64,000 bases of DNA from Pelagomonas calceolata. Taxonomy: Eukaryota. This document shows positions 39,476 to 51,537 of the stretch, one piece after another. The position numbers and the translations under genes are program-made. Positions within the stretch are counted from its first letter, which is position 1. Every line of letters begins with the position of its first letter. A model generated the notes under the pieces. It was not told the origin of the DNA and made no database searches. It saw nothing but the letters and a program-made list of their open reading frames with translations. The stretch spans positions 2,790,001 through 2,854,000 of the forward strand of contig CAKKNE010000004.1 in NCBI GenBank assembly GCA_918797485.1, read 5' to 3'.

Positions 39476-41799
39476 ATGGGCCAGCAGACATCATCACACA
39501 ACGACGCGCCGCCGCCGCCATCAATACCGTTAACGCCGCGCTGCGGGCGCGCCGTCCGCCAAGTGAACGACGTTTTAGAAAGGGGCGGCTGGCGCGTCTT
39601 CGAGAGCTGCGACGACGACTTCACCGGCGTCGTTGCAATAGAAGAAATAAGGGCCAAGTTCATTGAAGTATTACGGTCGTCCACGACGGCGTCGTCGCTA
39701 TCATTGCCTGCTTTAAACGCCTTCCTCGCCTGTTGCGATCGGGGCGACGGGTTTGTGGACCACGGCGGGTGGAACGTGTTAAGGGAGAACGTCGCTCGCA
39801 TAGCAAAGCGGGAAACAATTGAGGCGCCGCCGGGCCATCCGCAAGGTGCGCTGGTCGTGCTGCCGCCCGGCGCTCTGGTACGGGAGGGTGTTCAACGGGA
39901 CGCGCCTAGAAAGGCCAAGCTCAAAACGGGCACGCAACTGTTGGCGATGGGCGACGAGGAGGTGCTGGGCGACGGCACACGTCGAACGCGAGTGACGTGG
40001 TCCCTGGCCGACGAAGGTTGCGTCGGCTGGGTCTCGTCGAAGAACTGCGCGCCGCTCGCCGCGCCGCCCATAGTAATCGACGCCGCGCCGCCGCGGACGC
40101 CGCCGCGCCGTTCTACGACGTGGCTCGACCGCGCGGCCGCCGCGTCGAGCGGGAGCCCCACGCGCACGCGGCCCGACGCGCTCCTGCTCGAAGGCAACGC
40201 GCGCTTCCTCGAGCGCTTCTCGCCGGAAAGACGCGCCTACCTCGACCTCAAGCTGCGCGTCGCGGCGTCTCGTAGAGTGGCCTTCCTCTCGACAACGGCG
40301 TCGCCTCGATGGCGTCAAGTGGACGTACACACAGGCGCCGCGTCCTCACGCCGCGGACGCCGAGCCGCGACTCGCTCGACGAGGCGGCGGAGACGTCGCC
40401 GCGGCCCAGGGCGGACTGGACGCCAAGAAGACGACTGAAATTCTACGGCCGGCGCCTCGCCGACGACTCGCTGTCGGATAATCAAATCAAACGGCTGCGC
40501 GAGGGCCTGCTCGGCGAGTACGGCCTCAATTGGAGGCGCGACCGCGAGCGCGACGTGGCCGCCGCGCTCGCAAAGGCCGCTTCAGATTTGAGGGAGGGCG
40601 CCATGGGCGAGATCTGGCGGAGCGGCCGCGCGGGCCGGCCGACGCGGCGCCACGTCCTCGCGCGGCTCCTCCACGCCGTTTCTGTGATCGCGGCGCCGGA
40701 CCCCGCGCTCGTGACGCCGAGCCGCGTCGAGCGCGTCGCGCGCGGCCTGTCGTCGGCGTCGACGCGCGACTTGTTGTTGCTGTCGCGCTGGGCGTCTTCC
40801 GAATTTGTACGCGCGTCGGAAGCCGTTAAAAGGTGGAGCGAGAATGTCACGTCGCCGCGGCCCATGCTGCGGCCCAAGTTTTTGGAGCGACAAGCTTTAG
40901 ATGCGCTCGTGTCCGTGGCCATGACATCGTGCGGCGCGGACGCGTCACCGAACGATATGAAACATGCGATCGCGACGCGCTTCGATCGGATCACGCGAAG
41001 TCGCTTGCTGGCGGAGATGCCCGCGCCGTCCCGAATCTGGTGCGTCTCGGACCTGCATATCGACGTGCCCCTGAACCTGGAGCGGTGCCTCGCGTTCGAG
41101 GCAAGACCGGACGATGCACTAATCGTGGCCGGCGACGTCTGCTCCGAGCCGTTGTTGTTTGAAAAGTTCTTTGGGGACGTCGTGAAGAAGTTCAAGTATG
41201 TGTTTTATGTGCCGGGCAACCATGATTTGTGGTGTTTGAGCGAAGGCGACCTCGCGTCGGATTCCCTCACGAAGATGTTCCGGCAGCTACTCGTTTGTGA
41301 TCGCCTGGGCGTGATCACGCATTCAGTACGCTTTTCGAACAACGTGTGTCTGGTGCCTTTACTAGGATGGTACGACCCTTCATTTGTCGACGGCGACGCC
41401 GAGGACTGGATTTCTGGATTCGACCCGTTTTGTCGGTGGCCCGATTGTTTGGGGGACGACGCGAGCGTGGCGCAATTCCTAGCTTCGCTGAACGAGGCCT
41501 CCGTGCGCTCTGTGAGACAGTTAGAAAACGCCGTCGTGCTCTCGTTCTCGCACTTTCTACCTCGATCGTCTCTCTTCGAGGGCGCGGGCGGCTGCCGGAG
41601 CCTAGGCAAGGTCATGGGCGACGCCCGGTTGGAAGATCAGATCCAGCGCCTCTGTTCCTCGGTCCACGTCTTTGGGCACTCGCACATCGACGTCGACTGC
41701 GTTTTGGACGGCGTGCGCTACGTGCAGCACGCTTTGGGTCATCCCGAGGATGGTGTGAGTGAGGCGTACCAGCCCGTCGTCGTCTGGGACGCGTACTAG
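39476..41799 (+). CDS. Calcineurin-like metallophosphoesterase with long N-terminal extension (2 exons; intron ending 40334)
   Basis: SDLH, AGDV, PGNHD, SHFLP, FGHSH motifs; MG start (possible myristoylation). Frames join with donor 40267 (GT) or 40255 (GC) and acceptor ACACACAG at 40334. Confidence 0.75.
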
Positions 41800-41819
41800 G
41801 CGTGTAATGCTCTTGGTTT

Positions 41820-42950
41820 TTAGGCGCTCCCCGCGCGTGCGCGGAGCAAGGCTTTCGCGTTTCGCAAGTCACTCTCAATCGTCCCTACCAGCGGGTGTGC
41901 GCCGCCGAGTACGCGCCGCGCCGTCGGTTCTGTCTCCTCGAGCGTCGTCACACCCTCGCGGAGATCGTCGAGCGTGGCGCTGTGGTCCGCGCAGAGCGCC
42001 TCCGCGTAGACTGACTTCATCTGGAGCGTGAAGATATGCGACTCCCCGAGAACGCGCCGCGCCACGGGAATCGTTTTGCGGAGCACTGACCTAGCTTCTT
42101 CGAAGTGTCCTAGACGTTTTAGTGTCATTGCGTAGTTGGTGGCTGCCGACATGGTACGGTTATGTTCCGCGCCCAACAGCTTCAACCGTCCGGAGTGTAC
42201 GTCTCGTTGCATCCGCAAGGCATCTTCGTACCGTCCCAGATTTCCATACGTGGCCGCAAGATTGTTCTGCATGGCGAGAATGTTGTTCTCTGACATCTCT
42301 GTATCGGTAAAGTGCCGCAGCGTCGATAACTGAGCCTCTTGCACGGAGCACGCGTCCTCGTGGTGGTCTGCTTCGAGTAAACCGTTCCCAAGCTGGTTCA
42401 TCGCCATGCTCCGAATCTGGTCCGTCTCCGGCCGCCCTAAGTACGTCTTCCAGCACCCCCACCCGAGCGCGCAGTACACGAGGCCATGGTATTGTTGCTC
42501 GCACAGGCCGCACGCGTGCCATCGCCAGAATCTCGCATTCCTCGCGTCCCAGTCCAAATTGTTCGCCTCGGCCTCGTCCATCAAAATCTTCGCCTGCTCC
42601 GCCAAGCACGACACGTGCGCGAATCCCGCCGTCCCGCGGCACGCGCACATGCGCACGAGGCCCTCCTTCGTTTTCCAATGGAGGGCCTGCGTGCAGATGT
42701 AGCACGTCTGGCCCTTGGTGTCGTCCGCGCACGCCTCGACGGCCTCCGCGACGGCCTCCTTGTATTTCTTGTCTGCATTATACTGTTCTGCGTTGCCGCC
42801 GCGGTGTATTTTCTTACACATCTGCTTGTGGCCGCGGCGCCAGTGGTCATGCTGGCAAGTGGCGTTGCAGTACCTCAATTTACATCTAACGCATCGCGGC
42901 GCGTTGTGGGCCAGTGGGGCGGCGCAGGCGGCGCATGTTGTGAGGATCAT
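41820..42950 (-). CDS. MYND zinc finger + RING-CH (RINGv) + kinesin-light-chain-type TPR protein
   Basis: C.RCK.RYC..CQ.DHWRRGHK.MC; CYIC..CACRGTAGFAHVSCL..CGLC; NNLAATY..LGAEH repeats. Confidence 0.88.
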   Translation of the reverse strand: MILTTCAACAAPLAHNAPRCVRCKLRYCNATCQHDHWRRGHKQMCKKIHRGGNAEQYNADKKYKEAVAEAVEACADDTKGQTCYICTQALHWKTKEGLVRMCACRGTAGFAHVSCLAEQAKILMDEAEANNLDWDARNARFWRWHACGLCEQQYHGLVYCALGWGCWKTYLGRPETDQIRSMAMNQLGNGLLEADHHEDACSVQEAQLSTLRHFTDTEMSENNILAMQNNLAATYGNLGRYEDALRMQRDVHSGRLKLLGAEHNRTMSAATNYAMTLKRLGHFEEARSVLRKTIPVARRVLGESHIFTLQMKSVYAEALCADHSATLDDLREGVTTLEETEPTARRVLGGAHPLVGTIESDLRNAKALLRARAGSA

Positions 42951-43079
42951 CTTGCGTTTTGCGGTGCGTTATTGGCTTGCGCGGCGGCTTGACTCGGCTT
43001 GAAAAACCCGTTTTTATTGCGCCACGCGCACGCGTGCGGGCACAGGATATTGCTAGCTTAAAATATGTATACTTATGTA

Positions 43080-46000
43080 CTACGTAACGTCGTAACTGAA
43101 CAACGCGTCCTCCTCAGCCGCGTCCGCGTCGGCGGCGCGCGGTGGTGAGAACATGTTCCACAGGGACGGCCGGCCCCGTAGTGCCGGCCGCGCCGCGTCG
43201 GTGGCCGGCGGCGACATCCTGAGGCCCCACATGGACCGAGCACGCTGGCCGAGTGCCGGCCTCGCCGCGTCGGGGGCAGCCGGAGGCGAGAGCAGGTTCC
43301 ACATCGACGCGCCGGCACCGCGGAGAGCGGCCCGCGGATTCTCGATCGCCGGAGGACTCACGCAGCCACACACCGGGTAGTCGTAGTCGTCGACCGTGTC
43401 GGACCGCACGACGTTCCGGCGTTCGTCGAAGCTCAGGAACTCGTCCCGCAACAGCTGCCAGCGGCGCTGGGGTTCGGTTAAAACATCGTCGCATCCCATA
43501 TCGACGGCCGTGACGTCGACCGTCTCGACGGGTGGCCGGACGTCGACCGTCTCGACGCCGGTGAGGTGATCGACGAGCGGCGTCTGCACGCTCGGCGTTA
43601 TAGGTTCTTCGGGGAGAGATTCTTCGCCGTCCGAAGCGTCGCTCTCGTCGTCGTCGTCGTCCTGGCGCACGCGCGGGAACAGCGGCGAGGGCGAGGACGG
43701 CGTCAGCGGCGGCACGGTCGTGTCCTTCCACGACTCGAGGCGCTTCCGCTTGATCAAGAGGATGTTCGCCGCGGCGCAGGCGCAGAGCAGCAGAAAGATA
43801 AAGCAGAGGAGAAGGATGACGTCGCGCACCGGCATCTCGTCCGCCGCCTTCTTCTTCGACGGCGGCGCGCGCGTCGGCGCGGCCGTCGGCGGCGCGAGGT
43901 CGACGCCAAAGCTCTCCGTCTTGATGGTGGCAAATAGTCCCACCATCGTGGGATCGGCGCTCGCCGCCGCGGCCGCCCGGAGGGCCGCGTCGAGGAGGCT
44001 CGGGTCGTCCATGGCCGCGCGCAGGTCGCCCTCGACGGCGGCCCTCTCGGCGGGCGTCACGCTAATCTCGAAGTCGATCGCGACGCCGTCCGCGAGGCGC
44101 CGGCGCGCCGACGCCGCCACGCGCGTGAGAGCCACGCGGTCGTCGGTGATCGCGGCCGACAGGCGACTGAGCCCGTCCCGAAAGACGGCCCTGGCCGAGG
44201 CTCCGTTCGCGTCGTCGTACGAGATGCCCGAGAACGTGGCGGAGCCGGAGATCACCGCGTAGGTCGGCTCGGCCGTCGGCGCGGGCGTCGGTACGGCGCT
44301 CGGATTGAACGGGGGGCCGGTCGGACGCGGGCTCGGCGCGGGGCTCGGCCGCGGCGTCGGCTGTGGCGTAGGCTTGGCCGACGGCGCGGGCGACGGCTCC
44401 CCGGTGGGCCGCGGCGTCGGGATCGGTGTAGGCCTGGCCGACGGTGAGGACGTCGGCACAGGCGTCGGCCGCGGCGTCGGCATCGACGTCGGTTTCGGGG
44501 TCGGCGCAAAGACGGGAGCCGCCGTCGGGTTGCCAGCTTCGGGAGTTGGCCACGGCGACGGCTCAGGCGTCGGAGCAGGAGTAGGCGCTAGCGTCGGCGC
44601 TGGCGTCGGGCGCGGACTGGGCAGCGGCGTCGGTCGTGCCGTAGGATCGAGCGACGGCACCGGCGTCGGCCGCCGAGTAGGCAGCGGCGTTGGCCGATGC
44701 GTAGGATCGGGCGACGGCTCCGGCGTTGGCCGGGGACTGGGCAGCGGCGTAGGTCGTGCAGAGGGCTCGGCCGTAGGCATCGGCGAAGGATCGGGCCAGC
44801 AGTGTTCCGGCAGGCCCGCGTCGCCGTCCTGGCACTCCTCGCCCGTCCACTGGTAGTTGAAGTCGTATCTGCAGCCCGAGCCCTTACAAGGCTCCTCGAC
44901 GCCACAGAGGACCTTGCCCTCGGCCGCACACACGTTCGTGGCCTCGTACCAGGTTTTCGGCGCAAAGTTAGCCAGGTCGGACAGGTGGCCCGCGTAGCAC
45001 TCGCCGTCTTCGTCCTTCCGCGAGCAGGTATCGGCGCCGCAGCACGCGAAGGCGATCTTCTTGCCGTCGTGCTCCGTCGCCGAGGGATCCGTCACGCACT
45101 GGAAGTCGTTCGGATCTTGGTCGCGGCCCAAGGTGATCCGCACGCCGCACACGGGGAACTCGTTCGTCGGTGCTGGGCTGGGCACGGCACTAGGGTGCAG
45201 CGTCGGTTCCATCGTCGGCGCGGTTGTCGGCACCGGCGATGGCAAGGGCGTGGGCTCTCTTGAGGGCTTCGGCGTCGGGTCTGGCGTCGGCTTGTGGCTC
45301 GGGGCTGGCGACGGCTCGGGCGAGGGCTGGGGCACCGGTACCGGCGTCGGTTCTCGCGACGGCATAGACGTCGGCGCTGGCGTCGGTCGCGGCGTCCTGC
45401 GGTGGGATGACGCTCGCGCCCCGACGACGCGAATGTGCTGACCCGACGACGCGAATGCGCTGACCCGACGACGCAAATGTGCTTCGGACGCCGCGACAAC
45501 GGTACAGGCGTCGGCGCCGGCGACGGTGCCCCTGACGGCTCCGGGGTGGGTCGCGGCGTCGGCACCGGGGAAGGGCGCGGCGTGGGCGCAAATACAGGCG
45601 CCGCAGTCGGATTTCCAGGCGTAGCCGTGGGTGCGGGCGTCGGCCTCAGCGTTGGCGCCGGAGCTGGCGCTGGCGACGGCTCCGGCGTTGGCTGGGGACT
45701 AGGCAGCGGCGTCGGTCGAGCGCTCGGCTCGGACGTCGGCAGATTAGAGGGGCGAGGCGTCGGCGCCGGCGTCGGCGAGGGCGTAGGTTCCACGGAGGGA
45801 ACCGGCGTCGGCCGAGCCGAAGGCTTTGGCGTCGGCCTGAACGAAGGTCCGGGAGACGGCACTGCTGTGGAAGGCACGTTGGTCGGCGACGACGTCGTCG
45901 GCATGGACGTCGGCACCGACGTGGGCACCATCGTCGGCATCGGCGACGGGCCCAGCGGCGCGGAGTAGGGGAACGCGTCGCCGGCGTATCGGCCGCCCTT

Positions 46001-49000
46001 GACGCAGTCGTGGCAGCCCGGCACCCACAGCTCGTCGTCCGGCGCGTAGGCGCCCGCGTACGAGTCCCACGTCGTCCACTTCGGCGCCTTGTCGATGTAG
46101 TTATAAGTGCTCCCGTCGCCGTCGCAGTCATCGTCACAGTCCCACACGAGCCGGCCGTCGGGCTTCGGGCGAAAGTCCATGTCCTCAGCCGTAGGCGTCC
46201 CGATTTCGCGCGGCTCGAAGAGGCCCAGTAACGCGACGCCGTCCGTCACGCCGGCTTCGTTCCAGTCGGTCGGCAGCGGCGTCGGCGTCTCCGTCGGCAG
46301 CGGCGTCGGCGCCGGCGACGGCTGGGGCGTCGGCTTATGCGTGGGCAACGGCGTCGGTTTGTGCGACGGGGCCGGCGTGGGCTCCTCGGACGGCCGAGGC
46401 GTCGGCACGGGCGTCGGCGCCGGGCTCGGAGCCGGCGTCGGCACAGGCGTCGGTTTCGGCGTTGGGACCGGGGAAGGCCGCGGCGTCGGGCTGAAGACCG
46501 GAGCCGCCGTCGGATGGCCAGGCGTAGTCGTCGGAGCAGGCGTGGGTCGAACTGTCGGGGCCGGTGTGGGCTCCAGCGTGGGGTCGTGAGACGGCCGCGG
46601 CGTCGGCTCAGGTGTAGGACGAGCGCTCGGTTCGACGGTAGGCTCCGGCGACGGCCGCGGCGTCGGCCGGGGCGTGGGCTTCGCTGAGGGCTCCGGCGTG
46701 GGCGCCGGCGAGGGTCCGGGCGTCGGCTCGAGCGACGGAGCAGGCGTCGGCTCGGGCGTAGGAGTAGCGCTCGGCGAAGGCGTCGCCGGCGCGCACGACG
46801 TGCAGTTTGTGGAAATCCGGCGTCGTCCTCGATGAAGAGGGCTGCCCGACGTGTCGCGGGCTGGCCACTCCACCGAAGTCAGCCGCCGGCGCTCGTCGCT
46901 AATGCCGGGCGCGTAGATGGTCCCCTCGCCCGTGCCCGACGTGTCGAGCGCCGGCCAGTTCGCGTTGATGAGCTCGGCCATGACGCCGTCCTCGAGGGGT
47001 CGGAGCTGCCGCGCGAGGAAGTGCTCGGCGGTCAAGTTCTGGTAGTTGCACACCCGCAAGTCCCCGCATGCATTAAGCGACGCCAGGCCCGGGATCGCGC
47101 CGAAGGGCCGCGTCGACGCCCTCGCTGCCACCTCGGTATGCGCGTTGTAGCGCGCCACGGACGCGTAGTTGTTGTTTGTCACCTGTGTGGAAATCAAATT
47201 TTACGGCGCGTTCGTGCTGAATCATCGCGTCGTCCTCCACGCCATCGACGCGACGCCTGCTCGATGGCGTGGCGATGCCGGTTCCTCGCCGCTCGACCGA
47301 GCCAGGTCAGCCGCGTCATTGCCGAGAAATGAGCACCCGACGCACTGGTTGATTTCCACACAGCTCGTCACGAGCTTCCAGGACTCGACGGCCAGGAACC
47401 GCGAGCCCGTGTTGTGCTCGACGGTGTGGTTGTAGCCCTTGGTCGTGATGCCGAGGCCGAGGTGCACGTTCCTTCTAATAATGGCGTGGCTCCCCGCCTC
47501 GTCGGGCGTCGTCTTCGAGGCCGTGTCCAGGCGCGTGAACGAGACGAGAGACGGCCCGAGGACCCAGTTGTACTCCACCACGAGCCCTTCTTGGGCACCG
47601 GTCAGCGCGTGGAAGACCGCAGCATCGAAGCGCGGCCCCAAAAAATCCTGGGCAATAACTAAGTTGTGGTGGCAGTGGTGGCCCCGCGCCCAGCTGAAAT
47701 GCCCCGCCTTGTCGCCGTTGTATAATAAAGTGTTGTACGCGACCACAGTCCGCTGGGCCTGGTTGTCGAGCGTGTAGGGGCTCCGCGCCTCGAAGCTGTT
47801 GAAGGCGAAGTAATTTCCGATAAGTCTGGAGCCGGTGCCCTTGTAGAACAGGGCTGCCTCGCCGAACTCGGCCGTGTTGTTTTCGAAATTGACGTAGGGC
47901 GTGCCGCCCCGCGAGGTGCGCCGCGTCGTCTTGAGGCGGATGCCCGTTGACGGGGCATACAAGAATCTAGACCGCGTGATCCGCAGGTCGGCCGAGTCCA
48001 TTTCTGACGTCGGTCCGTCGCCGCAGCAACTCGTGCCGTAGAAGAGCATGTCCCTGACATGAATTCTATGGGATGCGTTGCCTATACTAAATGCGTCCTG
48101 GCGGCTCGCGTTCTTGACGCGCACCAGAATGCCCTCGTGGCCGGCCGCCTCCGGCGGCGCCCGGGCCAGGTCCACATGGATCTGGTGAAGTCGCTCGTCG
48201 ACCCAGAACCACGGGAGATTGAGCCCTTCGACATCGACAGCTTCGCCCCGTTCGTAAAAGGCGACGGCGTCCTCCAAACCAAAGGCCGTTTCACCAGCGA
48301 CCCAGGCCTCGTCGGGCGCCCAGTAAAAACAAGGCGGACTCATAGTGCCGTAGCCGGCCTTCGGGTCGTGGTTCCCGTCCACAATCGCGCTCTCATTCGC
48401 GCACATGAGGCCGCTCCCGCCCACGATGACCTCCGGACGTCTCGTGAAGGGTGCCTCTGCAATAACCACCGTCTCCAGCGTCGCGTGCTTCGTCCAGGTT
48501 AAACCCCACAGCGGATCCGTGCCGTCGAAGACCACGACGCCGCCATCATTCAAAGGCTTGACCAATAAGTGGTCGACGCCGTCCAGCGGCGTCGACGCCT
48601 CGTCCCGGTAGACGCCGTCGCGCAGCGCGCACACGAGTTGCGTATAATCGTCGTCCGGCAGCTTCCTCGTCGCCGAGTGGTCCTCGCCGAAGCGTGTTAT
48701 GCAGGCCCGCAGCGTCCTCAGTGGAGACTCCGCCGTGCCGTCGTTGAGGTCGTTCCCTTCTACAGGATCGACGACGACGGTCGTGGCGAGGCACTCCCAG
48801 GTGCCGGCCGGCTTGTCGTCGGCGTCGCACGCGTCGTCCGCGAGGACGACGTCGTCGTCCACGCAGAGCACGTCGAGCTGGCGCAGCCCGCCGCCCTCGG
48901 CCTCCGAACTTTCGTCGACGATACAGTCCGCATCGTCGGCCCACCTCGTAATCCACTCCTGCCCGCGCGCCTGGCGGCCCAGCGCGCCCAGGACGACCCC

Positions 49001-49078
49001 GACTCGCGCAGCGTTCGACGCCTGGGCAACGGAGCACGCCGGCAGCACGAGGAGCAGCAGCAGCCCCGCGGCGCGCAT
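43080..49078 (-). CDS. ~1900 aa cell-surface protein: signal peptide, pectin-lyase-like beta-helix region, PT/PS mucin-like repeats, Cys-rich module, RRL domain, TM (3 exons)
   Basis: Three consecutive ORFs join in frame via introns 47183-47371 and 45397-45500. G.D.NDGT..SPLRTL is the usual start of beta-helix proteins. Confidence 0.75.
45397..45500 (-). other. 104 nt GT-AG intron containing a 22 bp tandem repeat
   Basis: CC|GTTGTC...CCGCAG|G restores the [10 protein letters not shown] repeat and the reading frame. Confidence 0.75.
47183..47363. mobile_element. Introner-like non-autonomous DNA transposon (181 bp, 15 bp TIRs) forming intron 47183-47371
   Basis: TIRs CTGTGTGGAAATCAA (47183-47197) and TTGATTTCCACACAG (47349-47363); degenerate 8 bp TSD GTGACGAG/GTGACAAA on the minus strand. 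Confidence 0.9.
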
Positions 49079-49450
49079 CGCTACCGAGCGGTGCCCATTC
49101 GTTGCTACCTATTGAGAAGTCATTCGTGCGCCCATCCCCGGCCCATCCCGGGTCGCGAACGGGCTGCCCCCCGCGCGAGAGCGCCCAGTGTCAAATCATC
49201 ATGATGAGTGAGAAAAGTGCGGGTTCCCTCCCCCCACGTGTCCCGGCGGGAGTGGTCGGGCGGCGTATAGACCGCGTGAATGGGGTCCCACGGCTCGGAG
49301 AGCTGCAAGCCGCAAGTCGACTCGAGCGCTGCGATCTGCGTTGCAGAGCGCCGCGCCGGCGCCACTCGGTGGGCACCACCGCGAAGAACGGTGACGCGGC
49401 GACGCCCGCGAAGGGCAGCCCATCGCGCACCAACGGTGACGACAACAACC

Positions 49451-50275
49451 ATGTTCCACATGCAGCTCTCCAAGCTCGTGGGCATCGCGCAGGCGGCAAA
49501 AAAGGACGGGAGCCTCGCGGCCGGCAAACCGTCGGCGAAGACGATGAGCATGATGGAGCGCTGCGAGAAGCCGGCGCTCTGGTACCGCATGGAGCGCCTG
49601 AAGCGCCACGGGCTGGCGCTGGCCGCGGTGCAGCAGGACGGCATGGCCCTGAAGCTGCAGAACAAATTGATTAGAAGGGACCGAGGCATCGTCTTGGCGG
49701 CCGTGAAGCAGAACGGCATGGCGCTGCAGTTCGCGGATCCTGATAATCAAGAAAAATTGAATCGAGATCGGGAGATCGTGATGACTGCAGTTGGTAGTAA
49801 TGGTTTAGCACTGGAGTTTGTCGACTATTCGTTGAGGCGAGACCGCGACGTCGTGTTGCTGGCCGTGCGCTCGCACGGCGGTGCTTTAGAATTTGCGTCG
49901 GCGAAGCTGAAGCGGGACAAGATTCTTGTGTTGTATGCGTGTCGGGAACACATCGACGCGCTGCAATTCGCTGGTCCGGAACTCCAAGACGACGCGGCGT
50001 TCGTCCATCGGGCGGTGCGCGAGAACAAGCGCAAGCTGCGGTTCATGGACCAGAAAGCTCGAGCGTCGGTGCGGAAAAAATGGAACGATTACATCGAGGA
50101 CGAAGGCGCGCGGGCCGCCGCGTGGAACCAGCCGGATCCCATCCAGAAGATCCACGTGGAACACTGGGCGCGTCAATTAGATGATCGCGTGCGCGACGCG
50201 CGCGAAAAGGGCATTCCCGTGCCGTCGCGAGAGCTAGGCAGGCGATTCGTGAAGGGGCAGTATATAATTTGTTGA
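49451..50275 (+). CDS. DUF4116-repeat protein
   Basis: Repeated DR.IVLAAV.QNG.AL.FA units. Confidence 0.85.
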   Translation: MFHMQLSKLVGIAQAAKKDGSLAAGKPSAKTMSMMERCEKPALWYRMERLKRHGLALAAVQQDGMALKLQNKLIRRDRGIVLAAVKQNGMALQFADPDNQEKLNRDREIVMTAVGSNGLALEFVDYSLRRDRDVVLLAVRSHGGALEFASAKLKRDKILVLYACREHIDALQFAGPELQDDAAFVHRAVRENKRKLRFMDQKARASVRKKWNDYIEDEGARAAAWNQPDPIQKIHVEHWARQLDDRVRDAREKGIPVPSRELGRRFVKGQYIIC

Positions 50276-50283
50276 TGTGATTC

Positions 50284-51060
50284 TTACGGAGGCGTGTCTG
50301 TCTCTTCCGTACTATTCGCCGCCCCAGGCGTGGGTCCAGGCGCAGGCTCGGCCGCGGGCTCCGACGCAGGCGTGGCCGGCTCTTCGCGGGCCGGAGCCGG
50401 TTCTTGCGCGACGGGCGTAGGTCGAGGCTCAGGTGCGGTCGCGGGCTCCGACGCAGGCGTAGCCGGCTCTTCAGTTGGCGCGGGCGGCACTTCTGGCGCG
50501 ACGGGCGTAGGCAGCGCGACCGTGACGGTTGGTGCCGTCGGCTCTGACGCGGGCGCCGCGCCCCCCGTCGTGACCGTCGACGTGATCGCGAGCGGCGGCA
50601 GTTTCACGATCGGTAGCTTGACGTGCGGCAGTGGCCCGTGATATTCGAGGTCGCCCCCTCCCCCACCACCGCCGCCGCCGCCGCCGACCAGCGAGACGTC
50701 GTCGCCGTTCGTGGTAGGCGCGAGGTCCTCGACGTGCTTCTTCCCGGGGCACCAGGTATAGCCGCAGTCGGCGCAGTTTTCGTCCGACTGCGCGCAGTAG
50801 TTGTAGGGGCCCGTCGCGTTCGTCACGGCGAAGACGGGCGCGCAGGCGCACTCGTCGGGCCCCGACGAGTAGTCGTCGTTGCCGAATTTTGGCATCATAC
50901 AACAAAACGGGCCGTCGGGCATTTGTTCAGTGTTCGCAAGATATATGCCGTCGCGCGTGTCCTCGGCGCGCCGGAGAGACGCTACGAGAATCAGGGCCGC
51001 GCCCGCGACCGCGGCCGCGAGGGTGAGCGCCGCGCTCCGGCGTCGCCGAGACGTCATCAT
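50284..51060 (-). CDS. Signal-anchored protein with small Cys-rich domain and Pro/Ala/Glu-rich repeat tail
   Basis: N-terminal hydrophobic anchor, CC..C.C..YC..C..C..WC, duplicated EEPATPASEP. Confidence 0.65.
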   Translation of the reverse strand: MMTSRRRRSAALTLAAAVAGAALILVASLRRAEDTRDGIYLANTEQMPDGPFCCMMPKFGNDDYSSGPDECACAPVFAVTNATGPYNYCAQSDENCADCGYTWCPGKKHVEDLAPTTNGDDVSLVGGGGGGGGGGGDLEYHGPLPHVKLPIVKLPPLAITSTVTTGGAAPASEPTAPTVTVALPTPVAPEVPPAPTEEPATPASEPATAPEPRPTPVAQEPAPAREEPATPASEPAAEPAPGPTPGAANSTEETDTPP

Positions 51061-51537
51061 TGCCTCTATCGCGAGAGAGTAGTTAAGCGGTCACGGACGC
51101 TAGACTATCCCTTGCGGCGAAGCTGCGTACGCAGAGAAACGCTCCAAGGGGATCACCGCGGCGGCGTAATGTGGACCACTGATTGGTTATGGTCTACTAA
51201 GTCTAATTGAGGGACTCAGGGTTCATCCGACAAAAGTTTGAGATATACGTACTCGCGGTGTGGCCGTGAGTCCCCGGGAACGTCTACAAAAAGCCCACGC
51301 GCGGCGCCGCATCAAAACCTGTTTTGGCCCTCGGAGCTCACGCCTTGCCGGGCGGAGTCTGCTGGAGCCGCGCCTTGTAAATGCGCAAGAAGTGTCGTCA
51401 AAAAAGGTGTCTGTGACGCACGAATCTCGCTGTGGCGTCACGGCGTCACTCTGGCAGCGCACCACCAGGAGGCCCAATTGAATTATTTAATTCATCCACA
51501 GTCGGCCCCCCAAGGCTCCGCGATACGAGCGTCAATT

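Noticed and set aside
44260..46800. Tandem DNA repeats or satellite
   Set aside because: Explained by coding PT/PS mucin-like repeats.
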